Shown piece after piece: positions 9,243 to 19,337 of a stretch of 20,000 nucleotides of DNA. The translations under genes were made by a program, and so were the position numbers. The notes under the pieces are model-generated. The model worked only from the letters and a program-made list of their open reading frames with translations. It was not told the DNA's origin and did not search any database. This DNA comes from Chiloscyllium plagiosum. Its lineage: Eukaryota. Position 1 is the stretch's first letter. Every line of letters begins with the position of its first letter. The DNA lies in contig NC_057719.1 of NCBI RefSeq assembly GCF_004010195.1, forward strand, positions 11,333,923 through 11,353,922, written 5' to 3'.

Positions 9243-9462
9243 GAAAACAGATAAATGGGAACACCACTACCTGCAAGCTCTCTTCCAAGTTACTCGCCAT
9301 CCTGAGTTGGAAATACATTACCATTGCGTCACCGTCATTGGGTCAAAATCCTGAAATTCCCTCCCTAAGGGCACTGTGGCTCAACCTATAACACATAGGA
9401 CTGCAGCTGTTCAAGAAGACAGCTCACCACCACCTTCTCAATGGCAACTAAGAATGGTTAAA
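9243..9462 (+). mobile_element. CR1/L2-group LINE 3' end (second family)
   Basis: GGGAACACCACTACCTGCAAG...GGGTCAAAATCCTGAAATTCCCTCCCTAA...TTCAAGAAGACAGCTCACCACCACCTTCTCAA overlaps the family seen at 5061-5180. 7645-7692 is probably its upstream part. Confidence 0.75.
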
Positions 9463-9465
9463 TTA

Positions 9466-9639
9466 AACAAAGCATTGTGAATGCAGGAGATCCAAAACAA
9501 AAACAGAGATTGGTGGAGAACCTCCACAGGTCTGTCAGCATCTGTGGAGAGAAAGCAGAGTTAACATCTCGAGTCCGGTGACTCTTCATCAGGTCTCGAT
9601 GAGTTTGCTGAATTTTGCCAGCAATTTCTGTTCTTGTGT
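9466..9639. mobile_element. Older inverted-repeat Penelope pLTR remnant with mutated hammerhead
   Basis: Antisense arm 9466-9593 reads on the minus strand CTGATGA-A-GAGTC-accg-GACTC-GAGATGTTA (GAAA changed to GAGA). A short sense arm at about 9605-9639 is complementary to 9498-9530. Confidence 0.75.
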
Positions 9640-9664
9640 AAGTTTTTGGTAAATGTCTTCAGCA

Positions 9665-10160
9665 CCCCCTTTAAGACCTTGACCTCTTTCCTAAAGTGCA
9701 GTGCCCAGATCTGAACAGAATCTTTCTGCTGAGGCTGGATTATGTCTTTTGCCCAGATAATTATCTCTTAAGAAATTCTCCACTACACAACTTGAGGACG
9801 GCTGGCCTGATGTTGCTGGATTTATTTGATTCTTTCTTTTTAAAGATTTGCAATTCTCCAGCACTCTGGATCCAGCCTACATGAAAAGACAATTGGGAGA
9901 TCGTGACATGAGCCTCCTCAATTTCCATCCTTAACTTCCTTGCTAACGTGGCATGCATCTAAACTGGACCAGGTGCCTTTTCTACTTTGAGGAATGCCAA
10001 CTTTTTAGGACTACCTCTTAATTTTATCCTGTCCAACTTTGCATAGCACCATTTTCTTTTCTAGCAAAGACAGATGCAAAGTACACATTTAGCAGCACTA
10101 TGCCCTCTGCTTCCACAAGATGATCTCCATTTTATTCCCTAATCAGCTCTGTCCATCCTT
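9665..10160 (-). mobile_element. Very old CR1 fragments
   Basis: Minus strand VQIWALHFRKEVKVL-like and LNVYFASVFARK-like remnants of CR1 ORF2. Confidence 0.55.
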
Positions 10161-10429
10161 CCTCTCAGTGTTCTTTTCTTATGAGCAGAAATTAGTCTGG
10201 AAAGAATGCACCTCAAAAGTATTGGACAGATTTCAATGAAACTTGATATCAGTAGGCTATGATACAAAGAAGAACTGTTTGCTTTTTCGCAAAGATTTGG
10301 ATCAGGGTGCTGGAATCTTTTAATATTGGGAAATAGTCTGAATGGAGATTTCTAGAGTGCTGTGGGTTACTATGGAGTGTTGTGAATTGTCACAGTTGCT
10401 GTGATGGAATTTGTTGCAACTATCAAAAC

Positions 10430-11592
10430 ACTACGGTGGGAGAGTTCAAAGCTAGGGGGGATATTTTTAAGGCAACAGGGGAAAGGTTTAAGAAGGACAT
10501 GAGGGAAAACCACAAAATGATGTATAGACAGGTTAAATGAATGGGCTGCACGGTGGCACAGTGGTTAGCACGGCTGCCTCACAGCGCCAGGGATCCGGGT
10601 TCAATTCCCGCCTCAGGTGACTGTCTGTGTTGAGTTTGCACGTTCTCGCTCTGCATGGATTTCCTCTGGGTGCTCCGGTTTCCTCCCACAGTCCAAAAAC
10701 GTGCAGGTTAGGTGAATTGGTCATGCTAAATTGCCCGTAGTGTTAGGTGCAGGGGTAAACATAGGGGAATGGGTCTGGGTGGGTTGCGCTTCGGCGGTCA
10801 GTGTGGACTTGTTGGGCTGAAGTTTCCACACTGTAAGTAAGTAATCTAAAAAAAAATGCAACAAACTGAGTATAATTTGAGAAAATGTGAAGTTGTTCAT
10901 TTTAGTGAGAAGAATAGAAAAGCATGTTATCCAGATGATGAGAAATTGATCAGTCTGATATGCAGAGTTATGGGAGTCCTCGTGCAGGAATTACAAGGGA
11001 TAGTATACAGGTGGAGCAAATAATTCGGAAAGCTAATAGAATGTGATCATTCATCACAAGGAGAATTGAAAGCAAAAGTGGGGAGGTTACGTTTCAGTTA
11101 TACAAAGACTGCATCTAACTGTGCACAGTATTGGGAAAATTCAGAGAAGGCTTACCAGATCTGAAATAGTGGAGGGGCTTGTCTTATGAGAAAAGGTTGA
11201 CAGACTTGACTTGCATCCTCTGGAAGTTTAAAGAAGTAAGAGTGAATTGATGAAAATATATAAGATCTTGACAGGATAGATATGGAGCAAATGCTTCCTC
11301 ATGAAGAACCAAAAAGTAGGGTCCGCTATTTAAAAATTAGGAGTCATCCACTTCAAACATAAATCAGCTGATTTTGTTTACCCCACAGAGGGTCATGAAT
11401 CTTTGGAGGTCTCTGAAAAGGTGGTGGAAGCAGTACTCTTGAATATTTTAAGATTGAAGTCGATAGATACTTGCGAAGCAAGAGATAAGAGATCATCGGT
11501 GTTAGCAGGAATGCAGATCTGAGGTTACAATCAGATAATTTATGAGCAGATGTAGAAATCCTCCTCCTGCTCCCAACTGATATGTTTGTATT
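10430..11592 (+). mobile_element. Old CR1 LINE 3' fragments, split by an HE1 SINE
   Basis: IDRLNEW|...EYNLRKCEVVHFSEKNRK, LSYEKRL and IYKILTG-type remnants; ends CTCCTCCTGCTCCCAACTGATATGTTTGTAT. Confidence 0.8.
10543..10856 (+). mobile_element. HE1-type V-SINE, full length
   Basis: A box TGGCACAGTGG, B box GGTTCAATTCC, V-domain, HER1-like 3' end and A-rich tail. Confidence 0.93.
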
Positions 11593-11789
11593 CCTTCTAC
11601 TTCATGGAAAGGTGTCAACTCTGTATCTGAAGCATCTACTCTTTGAAGCCCACCCTTTGTTCAGTTGCTGTTTTGCCCACTAATTTTAGAATCCAATCCA
11701 GCTGAGTCAAATCCTTTCGATAATCACTGAAGTTAGCCCTTCTCTAGGGAAGCGTTTTTAAGTTGGATTGCTCCTTGCCCTTTTCAATG

Positions 11790-11900
11790 TCTTCTCTAAA
11801 TCTAACAAAGTTATGATCACTATTTCCCAATTTATTCCACAAACCTGAACCGTTTGGCTCATTTCATTTTGAAAAACTAGATTTAGCACTGCTTTCTTGA
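11790..11900 (-). mobile_element. Old CR1 endonuclease remnant
   Basis: Minus strand TTGGGAAATAGTGATCATAAC translates to LGNSDHN, the APE SDH motif. Confidence 0.5.
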
Positions 11901-11908
11901 AATATTAT

Positions 11909-12551
11909 TGCTCTGGACTAGGCCAAATCCCCTCAAAATATATCAAGGAAATAGCCCAGATCCTAACTATTTATTTTATTTAAAGACGAGTATAAAGACT
12001 TGAGTTCCAATTGGTCCACTACTGGGTTTTAAACAAAACAAAACTTTATTCTTACAACACAGTTAAAGCACAAACAAAACAGAAGAATTAGCATAACTTT
12101 AACTCAGTTGAAACACTTATTAGATATTACTTAAGTACTAATCACCAACTGCTTTAATATAGGAGCACCCCATAAACACACCTTGGCAAATTCAGCTCAT
12201 GATTATGTTCATGTGCTGTTTTCTTTCCAGTTGAGGAGAAAGGAACACCGAAACAAACCATCTAGCCACACACAGAGAGAGAAAACTCAAGCTTTTTGCT
12301 GCAGCAGAGAGACAGCTGCATCTATCAGCTTCAACAGTCAACTCCAAACACCAACTGAAAGCAAAACCAAAACTCTGGAACCGTGTGAACCTGTCTCCAC
12401 CCATTCGTGCCTCGTTGATCTAATGTTTTAAAAAAACACCTAGGGAGCTCAAAGCTGTTTACCCATTGCTTCTGAAGTTGACATTCCACCACAACTGTGG
12501 CAAGATAAACAGCACAGAACAAATCTCTCTTAACGGCAAAGTACCATCACA
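11909..12551 (-). mobile_element. Probable solo LTR (Gypsy-like)
   Basis: On the minus strand it begins TGTGATG and ends ...AGCA, with AATAAA near 12045-12050, about 140 nt from the 3' end. No coding capacity; flanks TTAT/ATAT form an imperfect 4-bp TSD. Confidence 0.55.
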
Positions 12552-12651
12552 ATATACAAAACAAGACATTTCTCTTGTACATCTTTCAGGAATTTGTTCT
12601 CTGCATTGCCATTTACTATTCCAGTCTATATTAAAATAAATTTTGCTTAAC

Positions 12652-13040
12652 AGCTGCGGCTCAGTTGGTCACATCCTTGCATCATCATCTGATTCAAGTC
12701 CCCGCTCAGGCTTAGCATAGAAATCAAGATTAAAGATCCAGCGCAATACTGAGGAATTACTGTCTTTTGGGTAAGACATTAAATGGAGACCACATATGCC
12801 TAATTGGTTAGACTCAAAAAGATCCCATGGCATCATTTTGAAGGACAGAGGAGTTGTTTGTGGTGTTATGGTCAACATTCATCCCTCACTCAGCATCATA
12901 AAACAGATTATCTGCTCATTAGCACATTGTTCTTTGTGGGAATATGATGTGTTGAAATTGGCTGATGCATTTTCTACATTAATAAAGTGGATATACTTCA
13001 AAGGTTTTGCAATGGCTATAATATGCATTGAGACATGGCT
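12652..13040 (+). mobile_element. Deu-domain SINE (SacSINE1-like)
   Basis: tRNA-like head (GGCTCAGTTGG, GATTCAAGTCC) and Deu domain AAAAGATCCCATGGCA...TGGTCAACATTCATCCCTCA...AAACAGATTATCTGCTCATTA...TTTGTGGGA...AAATTGGCTG. Confidence 0.8.
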
Positions 13041-13181
13041 TTGGTTAAGTGGATATTTTTATTCACTTCTTAAAATTATTGCATTTCATTTCTTGCAACT
13101 TTCTGAAATTCGCTGGAGAATGCACTCGTTTTTCTCCAAAGGACATTTATCCTCTTTGGGTTATAATATTAATTTGATCAT

Positions 13182-13197
13182 TAGTGCCATCTACTGC
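13182..13197 (-). promoter_or_regulatory. Candidate CTCF site
   Basis: Minus strand GCAGTAGATGGCACTA has one mismatch to the CCASYAGRKGGCRS core; motif match only. Confidence 0.35.
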
Positions 13198-14326
13198 ACT
13201 CTTATTTCTTGAGAGTACTTTGTATTCAAGAACAGTGAGTTCCAAATTTGCCTCTTCTTTGAGTCAAATCTCTTATTGCTACTATGTCATAGTCCCAAGT
13301 GGCAAATAATGCAGCGCACCAACTCATTTACCTTGCTACATGCATTTATGTATATATACCCCAACCCCTCCAGTTCCTGCAAAATTCTACAATGCTATGG
13401 TGTTATTTGTCTTTCCCAGTCTTCTCTCTAATGTTCAGCCTTTAGGATTATTTATTCATTTTGTGAGTTATACTGCTAATGTGCACTAGTATAAAGTGTG
13501 CAGTCCAAAAAATGGCACCAACGCTCAATATTAGACCCAATGTTCCACAGTACACTAAAGCCATGTTGTTTGACAGTCCCACAAGGGGACTGTCTTGAAA
13601 ACAGAGTGCATCTCAATATTGTGCAAAGTCAGGTTTTAAAAATACCAAGCGTATATTTTAAAGTTTCATACAGAATCTGGTTTAGAACACAAGGTTCTAA
13701 TGAAAAGATGTTCTGAGTATACAATCAAGCAGTTGGCTGATCCTGCACAACCTGGGGGACGCACAGCTAGTAATATAACCCCATTTTGCCATTCGGTTGG
13801 CACAAATCTCTGTCCGAGACTGCATCAGTAATGCAAAGCAACTACAAGAGCCAAATAAAGCTTTAAAAACAAAGGCCATTATTCAGATTTTGTATCTTCT
13901 TTTCACCCTCTGGTCAACTTCCAAAGTCTTAATTCCTTTGTGGTTATAGACCTATGGAGTGTGAATGCTTTACACATTAGCATGAAATGCGGGCCTGAAG
14001 CCTGGGGCTAGATTTTCAAAGCTCCTACTGTACTGACAAGTAAGTTGAAATATGATGAAGGGATTTGCATACTGTGTAATACATGGTGGTTTAACACAGG
14101 CAATGACTGCTGATGAGGACTGACTGTGCTGGGAATAAGCAGCTTGAGACTACAGAGATAGAAACAAACGTTTCTTGTAGTTTAGCTGTTCTCAGAAATT
14201 AATAAGGGAACATAGTGGGATAGTTGTGTTTTAATTGTCTATTCTCTCCAATATTCATAGTTATTTGTTACTTAAGAAAGCAATTCAACATCTAAATAAT
14301 GAATCATCTTAATTAGCATTGTAATA

Positions 14327-14373
14327 AACATTTAGGTCACAACTTTGCGACGAAAAGTTGTGACCTAAATGTT
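14327..14373. repeat. Perfect 20-bp inverted repeat with 7-nt loop
   Basis: AACATTTAGGTCACAACTTT-gcgacga-AAAGTTGTGACCTAAATGTT. Confidence 0.97.
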
Positions 14374-14794
14374 CTTATTCTGCCAAAATAATTGTAATAA
14401 CCTATTTCTATTTACCCCTAGCATGCAAAGGCACTCAATTTATGCATATGCCAAACGTTCGCCTCTTCAACTCCCAAAAGGTGAATGTGAGATAGCATAA
14501 TTCATTGCACTAACACTTCAATTCATATGGCCTTCTTCCACCAAGGGTGGGCTAATTGAAATGATCTCCCATGAGGAAGAAAATCTTCATTAGCTGTAAT
14601 AATGTGAAACTTATCATTTACAGGACCAATGTTTATCTTTTAAATAACTAACTTGGTACAGTGGTTGGGAACACATCTGCCAAAGCAACTTATGTCGCAT
14701 CACTAAGGTTGCCAGTCTTGATTATGACATATTCTTGATGGTGTCATCACATAATGCATTGCTGCCAAATGCTCCAGTTACTTCATTGGTTAGT

Positions 14795-15489
14795 GAGTCA
14801 CAGAGTTATAGAATTGCACAGCACAGAAACAGACCCTTCGGTCCAATTCGTCCATGCCAGCCAGAAATTCTAAATTAATCTAGTCCCATTTTCCAGCATT
14901 TGGCCCATTTCTATCTAAACCCTTCCTATTCATATACCCATCCAGATGCCTTTTAAATGTTGTAATTGTACAAGCTTCCACAACTTCCTCTGGCAGCTCA
15001 TTCCATACACGCACCACCCTCTGCATGAAAAAGTTGCCCGTTAGATCCCTTTTTAATCTTTCCCCTCTCACCTTAAATGTACGCCCTCTAGTTTTGGGCT
15101 CCCCTAACCTGGGAAAAAGGCCTTGGATATTTAGGCTATCCATGGCCCTCATGATTTTATGGATCTCTATAAGGTCACCCCTCAACCTCCAACACTCCAG
15201 GGAAAATATTCAGTCTCTCCCTGTAGCTCAAATCCTCCAACCCTGGTAACAGCTGTGTAAATCTTTGCTGCATCCTTTCAAGTTTCACAACATCTTTCCT
15301 ATATCAGGGAGACTAGTATTCTAAATCTGGCCTAACCAATGCCCTGTACAGCCGTAACATGATCTCCCAACTCCTGTACTCAATACACTGACCAGTAAAG
15401 GCAAGTGTATCAAACACCTTCTTCACTATCCTGTCTGCCTACGAGTCCATTTTCAAGAAACTATGAACGTGTACCCCAAGGTCTCTTTG
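14795..15489 (-). mobile_element. HER1/CR1 LINE 3' portion
   Basis: ORF 14880-15185 RGDLIEIHKIM...NFFMQRVVRVWNELPEEVVEA...FKRHLDGYM; terminus matches the other HER1 ends. Confidence 0.95.
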
Positions 15490-16054
15490 AACTTCCCAAG
15501 CATTGCCATTTCCATGTTCCTATGACATCTGAAACACAAATAGATCATTCATTATCCATTTTGATGGCTTAGTCAAACGCCATTTCCCACCTTCCTCAAT
15601 GCCCAGGATCTTCTTTAATATTACAAAGTGTTTAAAGACAAATACAAAGAATTCAGAATCAAGCCCAGGACTCATCTGCTCCATCTGCTTTCTTTTACTT
15701 TCTTTCTCTCTTTTCTGGTTTTTCTTTCCTTTTTTATTATACTTACCTCTTGTTGAAGAGCTTGGTCGCAGGAACAGCAGCGAGTGTTCCGGCAGTGTCT
15801 GCATCCAGCACAGATTCATGGAGGCAGTCTGGGCCCAGTATGAGACCTGGCAGTATTGTCAGTGGCTGCATCGGTGAGAGGGGGCCTGACACAGAATCAT
15901 GGAAGTGGTGGAGTTGAGTTTGGGCTGGTGCAGTACCCGGCAGCATTTACGGTCTGTGCGTTGGTGAGGTTCAGCAAGGACTCTGTGACAAGGGCATCGG
16001 TGGAGGCAAGACAGAGCCAAAGATTGGCGAATTTCATTCCAGCGGCAGTGTGGC

Positions 16055-16606
16055 AAAAGAAACTACTCAGACCCCTTTGCATCAGGGCAGCCCACAAACC
16101 CACCAACACACTACAACAGCAGCTAATGACCTTGAAAGACCCTATACAGACATCAAGCAAAAATGTCATTTCCAAAATAACTTGCAAGAACTGTAACAAA
16201 CACTACATTGGATAAACAAATAGAAAACTAGCCACCAGGATACATGAACTAGCCACAAAATCACATGATCCTCTCTCACTAGTATCTTTACACATAGATG
16301 AGGAAGGACACTACTTCAACTTGGACAACACATCCATCCTAGGACAAGCCAAACAGACACATGCACGAGAATTCCTAGAAGCATGTCATTCTATCAACAA
16401 ACACATCGAATTAGACGCCATCTACCACCTCCTGAGAAAAAGAACAGATAATGACATCACCACAGGAAATGATATCACCAACCCAAAGAAACCCAAACAT
16501 ATAAATAGAAAGCTTCGCCCAGGGGCCCACTGAAGATGTTACCTAGTATGGTGACGAAACGTCTGGAAATGAATCTTCCAGCTCAGCGAGCAAATCTACA
16601 TCCAGA
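16055..16606 (+). mobile_element. Penelope-like element, 5'-truncated: GIY-YIG endonuclease pseudogene and pLTR
   Basis: HKPTNTL...KDP...VISKITCKNCNKHYIG*TNRKLATRIHE...GHYFNLDNTSILGQAKQTHAREFLEA, a GIY-YIG domain with CxxC. Stop at 16213-16215; hammerhead-bearing terminus. Confidence 0.93.
16527..16566 (+). ncRNA. Minimal type I hammerhead ribozyme motif, intact
   Basis: CCA-CTGAAGA-T-GTTACC-tagtat-GGTGAC-GAAAC-GTC-TGG. Canonical core, 6-bp stem II, 3-bp stem I and palindromic ACGT in place of stem III; predicted cleavage after C16563. Confidence 0.75.
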
Positions 16607-16814
16607 GACTTGTGCTTAGGCACCAGACCATGGCAGAGTACTTAACAAGAAAGACTGTAAAGTGGAATGCTACTTAATGTTGTGCCTTTACATTCTATGC
16701 TTTGGTTTTTTTTTCCTATGTTTTAAGATGGACAATGGTAACACTATACAACACTTTTCACTGTATTTTGTAACAAAATCCACGTGACAACAATAAATAA
16801 ATCAAATGTTTTGA

Positions 16815-16978
16815 ATGGATGGTGCTATAGTGGTAATATCACTGGACTGGTAATCCAGTACAATGTAATGAAAGCACAGGTTCAAATCCCCTTACAACAG
16901 CTAGTGGAATTTAAATTCAATTAATCAAATCTGGAATTAAAATACCTCAGTAACGGTGGCCATGAAATATGATCAATG
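16815..16978 (+). mobile_element. 5' half of a tRNA-derived SINE (family of 6192-6545)
   Basis: TAGTGGTAATATCACTGGACT...GGTTCAAATCC...GTGGAATTTAAATTCAAT...TCTGGAATTAA...CCATGAA is collinear with 6200-6345. Confidence 0.7.
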
Positions 16979-17445
16979 CATTTCTGGAAATTAAATGACA
17001 TTGGAGGAGGAAACAAGCATAACTTTCAGGGAGATAAGAAATGGCATTTATCGCTGCAATTACTGAAGAAAAAAAAGAACTGGCTTTGAGAGGACTATCA
17101 GCCTATGCTATTGGGTGCCTTAGAAACTCGCTGTTCTGAGAATCCAGATTTGTCAGCCCAGAAGACAAAGAGGAAAGAAGACTCTTAGAAATTGTAGTCT
17201 CTCTTCTGAAATCCTCTGAGTATTACTTGCCCCCACCTGGCAAAATCTGACACAGTAGACTTTGACCAATTCTCAGCAGTTCAAATTCAAATTGAAGAGA
17301 ATCAAAACAGGACATTTATCATCAATCTGTAGCCGTCAGCAATTGACTTTCTTTCACAGGAAATTTCAGTTGATCTGTGAGTTATTCCATTTTACCCATG
17401 TTTCCAGAGCTGTGGTGCAGAGACTTGTGTTCTTGTTGTCTGAGT

Positions 17446-18040
17446 GAATTGAATTGAATTAACTTTATTGTCACACGTACGCAAATGAGTACAGGGAAAA
17501 GTTTACACATCACCACATACTGCATCATCTTAGGTACAAAGATACCTCGGTACAACTTCTTCAGTTACAAGATCTTAGAAATTGAGAAATAAAAAGCCCA
17601 GCATTGCAATACTAAAAGTCCAGAACAACAGTCTTCCAACACAGACCACACTGGCATCTAGCCTCCAGTTGGCCTTGGCTCCAGACCGATCTGGGCTTCA
17701 GCTTGAAGTTCATGAGGTTGCAAGATTGCTCTGGAATTGCCTCAAGACTGGCAGACCACACAGAGGCCATGCCAAACCAAAAGACCGCTAGAAGACCACC
17801 ACACAGGTCTGAGAGGATGGCATGCCGGAAAGCTGCTATGCCAGGCTGAAAGGCTGCCATGGAAGGGCCACTGCGCCAGGCCGAGAAGACTCCTCCTCAT
17901 GTTTACGCAGAGGCTGGGAGTCATTGGTGAGCAAGAGAAAAGAAGACAAAAAATAAAGCGGATAAAGAAGTGAAAGAAGAAGAACAGGCGGAACGGATCA
18001 GCTCCGGCTGAAGCACCTTATTCTGCCGCCACCTTGGACC
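17446..18040 (-). mobile_element. Non-coding ~595-bp retroposon with LINE-like 5' end and Rex1/Babar-type tail
   Basis: Minus strand starts GGTCCAAGGTGGCGGC, then a pyrimidine tract and GC-rich body, and ends ACTTTTCCCTGTAC...CGTGTGACAATAAAGTT(AATTC)3. Confidence 0.65.
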
Positions 18041-18643
18041 AGTATTAGTACAGCAACATCATTACATCTGACCCATCAGCTTACTTTTGTGGCTGGGTGT
18101 GCAAGATTAACAGCAATGTATTTTAATTCTGGATCATATCTTTGATGTTATCTAGAGTTTGTGACCGACTATTAGATTAAGTTTTATTCATAATAAGTGG
18201 ATTACTTGGAGAGCATTGAATGGAGACAGGTGGATGTTTCTCTTATTTTTCATTGTAATATCAAAAAGAAGCCAGTGGCCATTTTGGTAATTGAAATAAC
18301 AAAGTTACGCCAATGGTATGACCTGTGGAGTAGTGGGGTTTGATTATAAGCACACCCCTCCAGACACCCACTGCTGATGGAATTAAATGCCATTCTTTCC
18401 AGCAGAACCAGCAGCTAGAGTATAAATTGTCCTTACAATATGACTGATGCCTCTGAATAGGTGACCTAACAGTTTGCATAGCTTTAACCTCAGACTAGAA
18501 GTGGACTAAAATAAGGAAGACCACAATTTAGAAAATGGGATTGTTCTTTTGCCTGCATCATAATTCAACTATTTAACAACATGTAAAAGAGGACCTGCTT
18601 ACTCCACTACCATGCCAGCCAGCAAGGTGCCATGATGAATCTG

Positions 18644-18862
18644 AGGCTGCCAATTCTGAACACATTCCTGGAAATCTTGTCACTTTTTTTGCCTCCTTTT
18701 TTCCTTGAATCTTCAATATTTTTGTGACAGAGAAAGGAAACTATTCAAAGAAAATGAAGAAACAACAGACTGGGTGCTTAAAGTTGACAATGTTTCTAAC
18801 AGATTTTCATTTTGCTCACAACCCAGAGACCCCAGGGCAGTTCCAGAGAGATGGAAACCGTG
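18644..18862. mobile_element. Possible decayed MITE with AGGGTTGCCA-type ends
   Basis: Starts AGGCTGCCAA and ends ATGGAAACCG. The start resembles 14704-14750 (AAGGTTGCCAGTCT...ACATATTCTTG). Confidence 0.3.
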
Positions 18863-19337
18863 TTTAGATCTGTTTCTGCAGAGTTAGCCAGTCTCATTTT
18901 GGGCAGGGAAGTATGCTACTGTATAGTCAGTCAGTGAGTGCTATTGCTGATCCAGATTAGTATCCAGAAACTCTTGCTTAGGATGCATGACTGAGCTTCA
19001 CTATGACAGCCACCTTGCTTGATTAGACCATTGATGTGCAATGTCAGAGCTTGGAAATAAACATTCATTCCAACACTGTACAATGACAGTCAAGTATACC
19101 ATTCACAGGAGGTACTGCAGTGACTTACTTTTGTTCCTTTAACAGTGAGGATCTGAAATCTGAATACAGGCTGTAGTAACTAGTTGTAGTCAGGAACAAC
19201 CATTTAATACATGCTCTGACTAACATAGGCAGCAATAAATGTTTTCAGAAAATGCCAAATTTCTGAATTGGCCTGTCTTCTGGACATAGGTTGACAGAAA
19301 GCATGGAGCACTTTTCTGTCCTTAAGAATTATTATTT

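Larger units (their letters stand above)
15650..16806 (+). mobile_element. Non-coding element with Rex1/Babar-type tail, interrupted by Penelope
   Basis: Pyrimidine tract, GC-rich body (15760-16054), resumes at 16607 and ends ACTTTTCACTGTA...CACGTGACAACAATAAATAAATCAAAT. The 5' boundary is uncertain. Confidence 0.55.

Noticed and set aside
12796..13212. 138-aa hydrophobic ORF
   Set aside because: Starts inside a Deu-SINE and continues in T-rich DNA; no recognisable domain.
15520..16215. Cluster of overlapping ORFs on both strands
   Set aside because: Explained by a low-complexity tract, a GC-rich repeat body with few stops and the Penelope endonuclease remnant.
17360..17376. Possible 17-nt microexon (CTTTCTTTCACAG / GTGAGT)
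   Set aside because: Good splice signals but not frame-preserving, with no partner exons found; such matches occur by chance. Junction reads would be needed.
19129..19170. Minus-strand donor AAA/GTAAGT with a possible 24- or 42-nt exon
   Set aside because: Weak polypyrimidine tract and no recognisable peptide.
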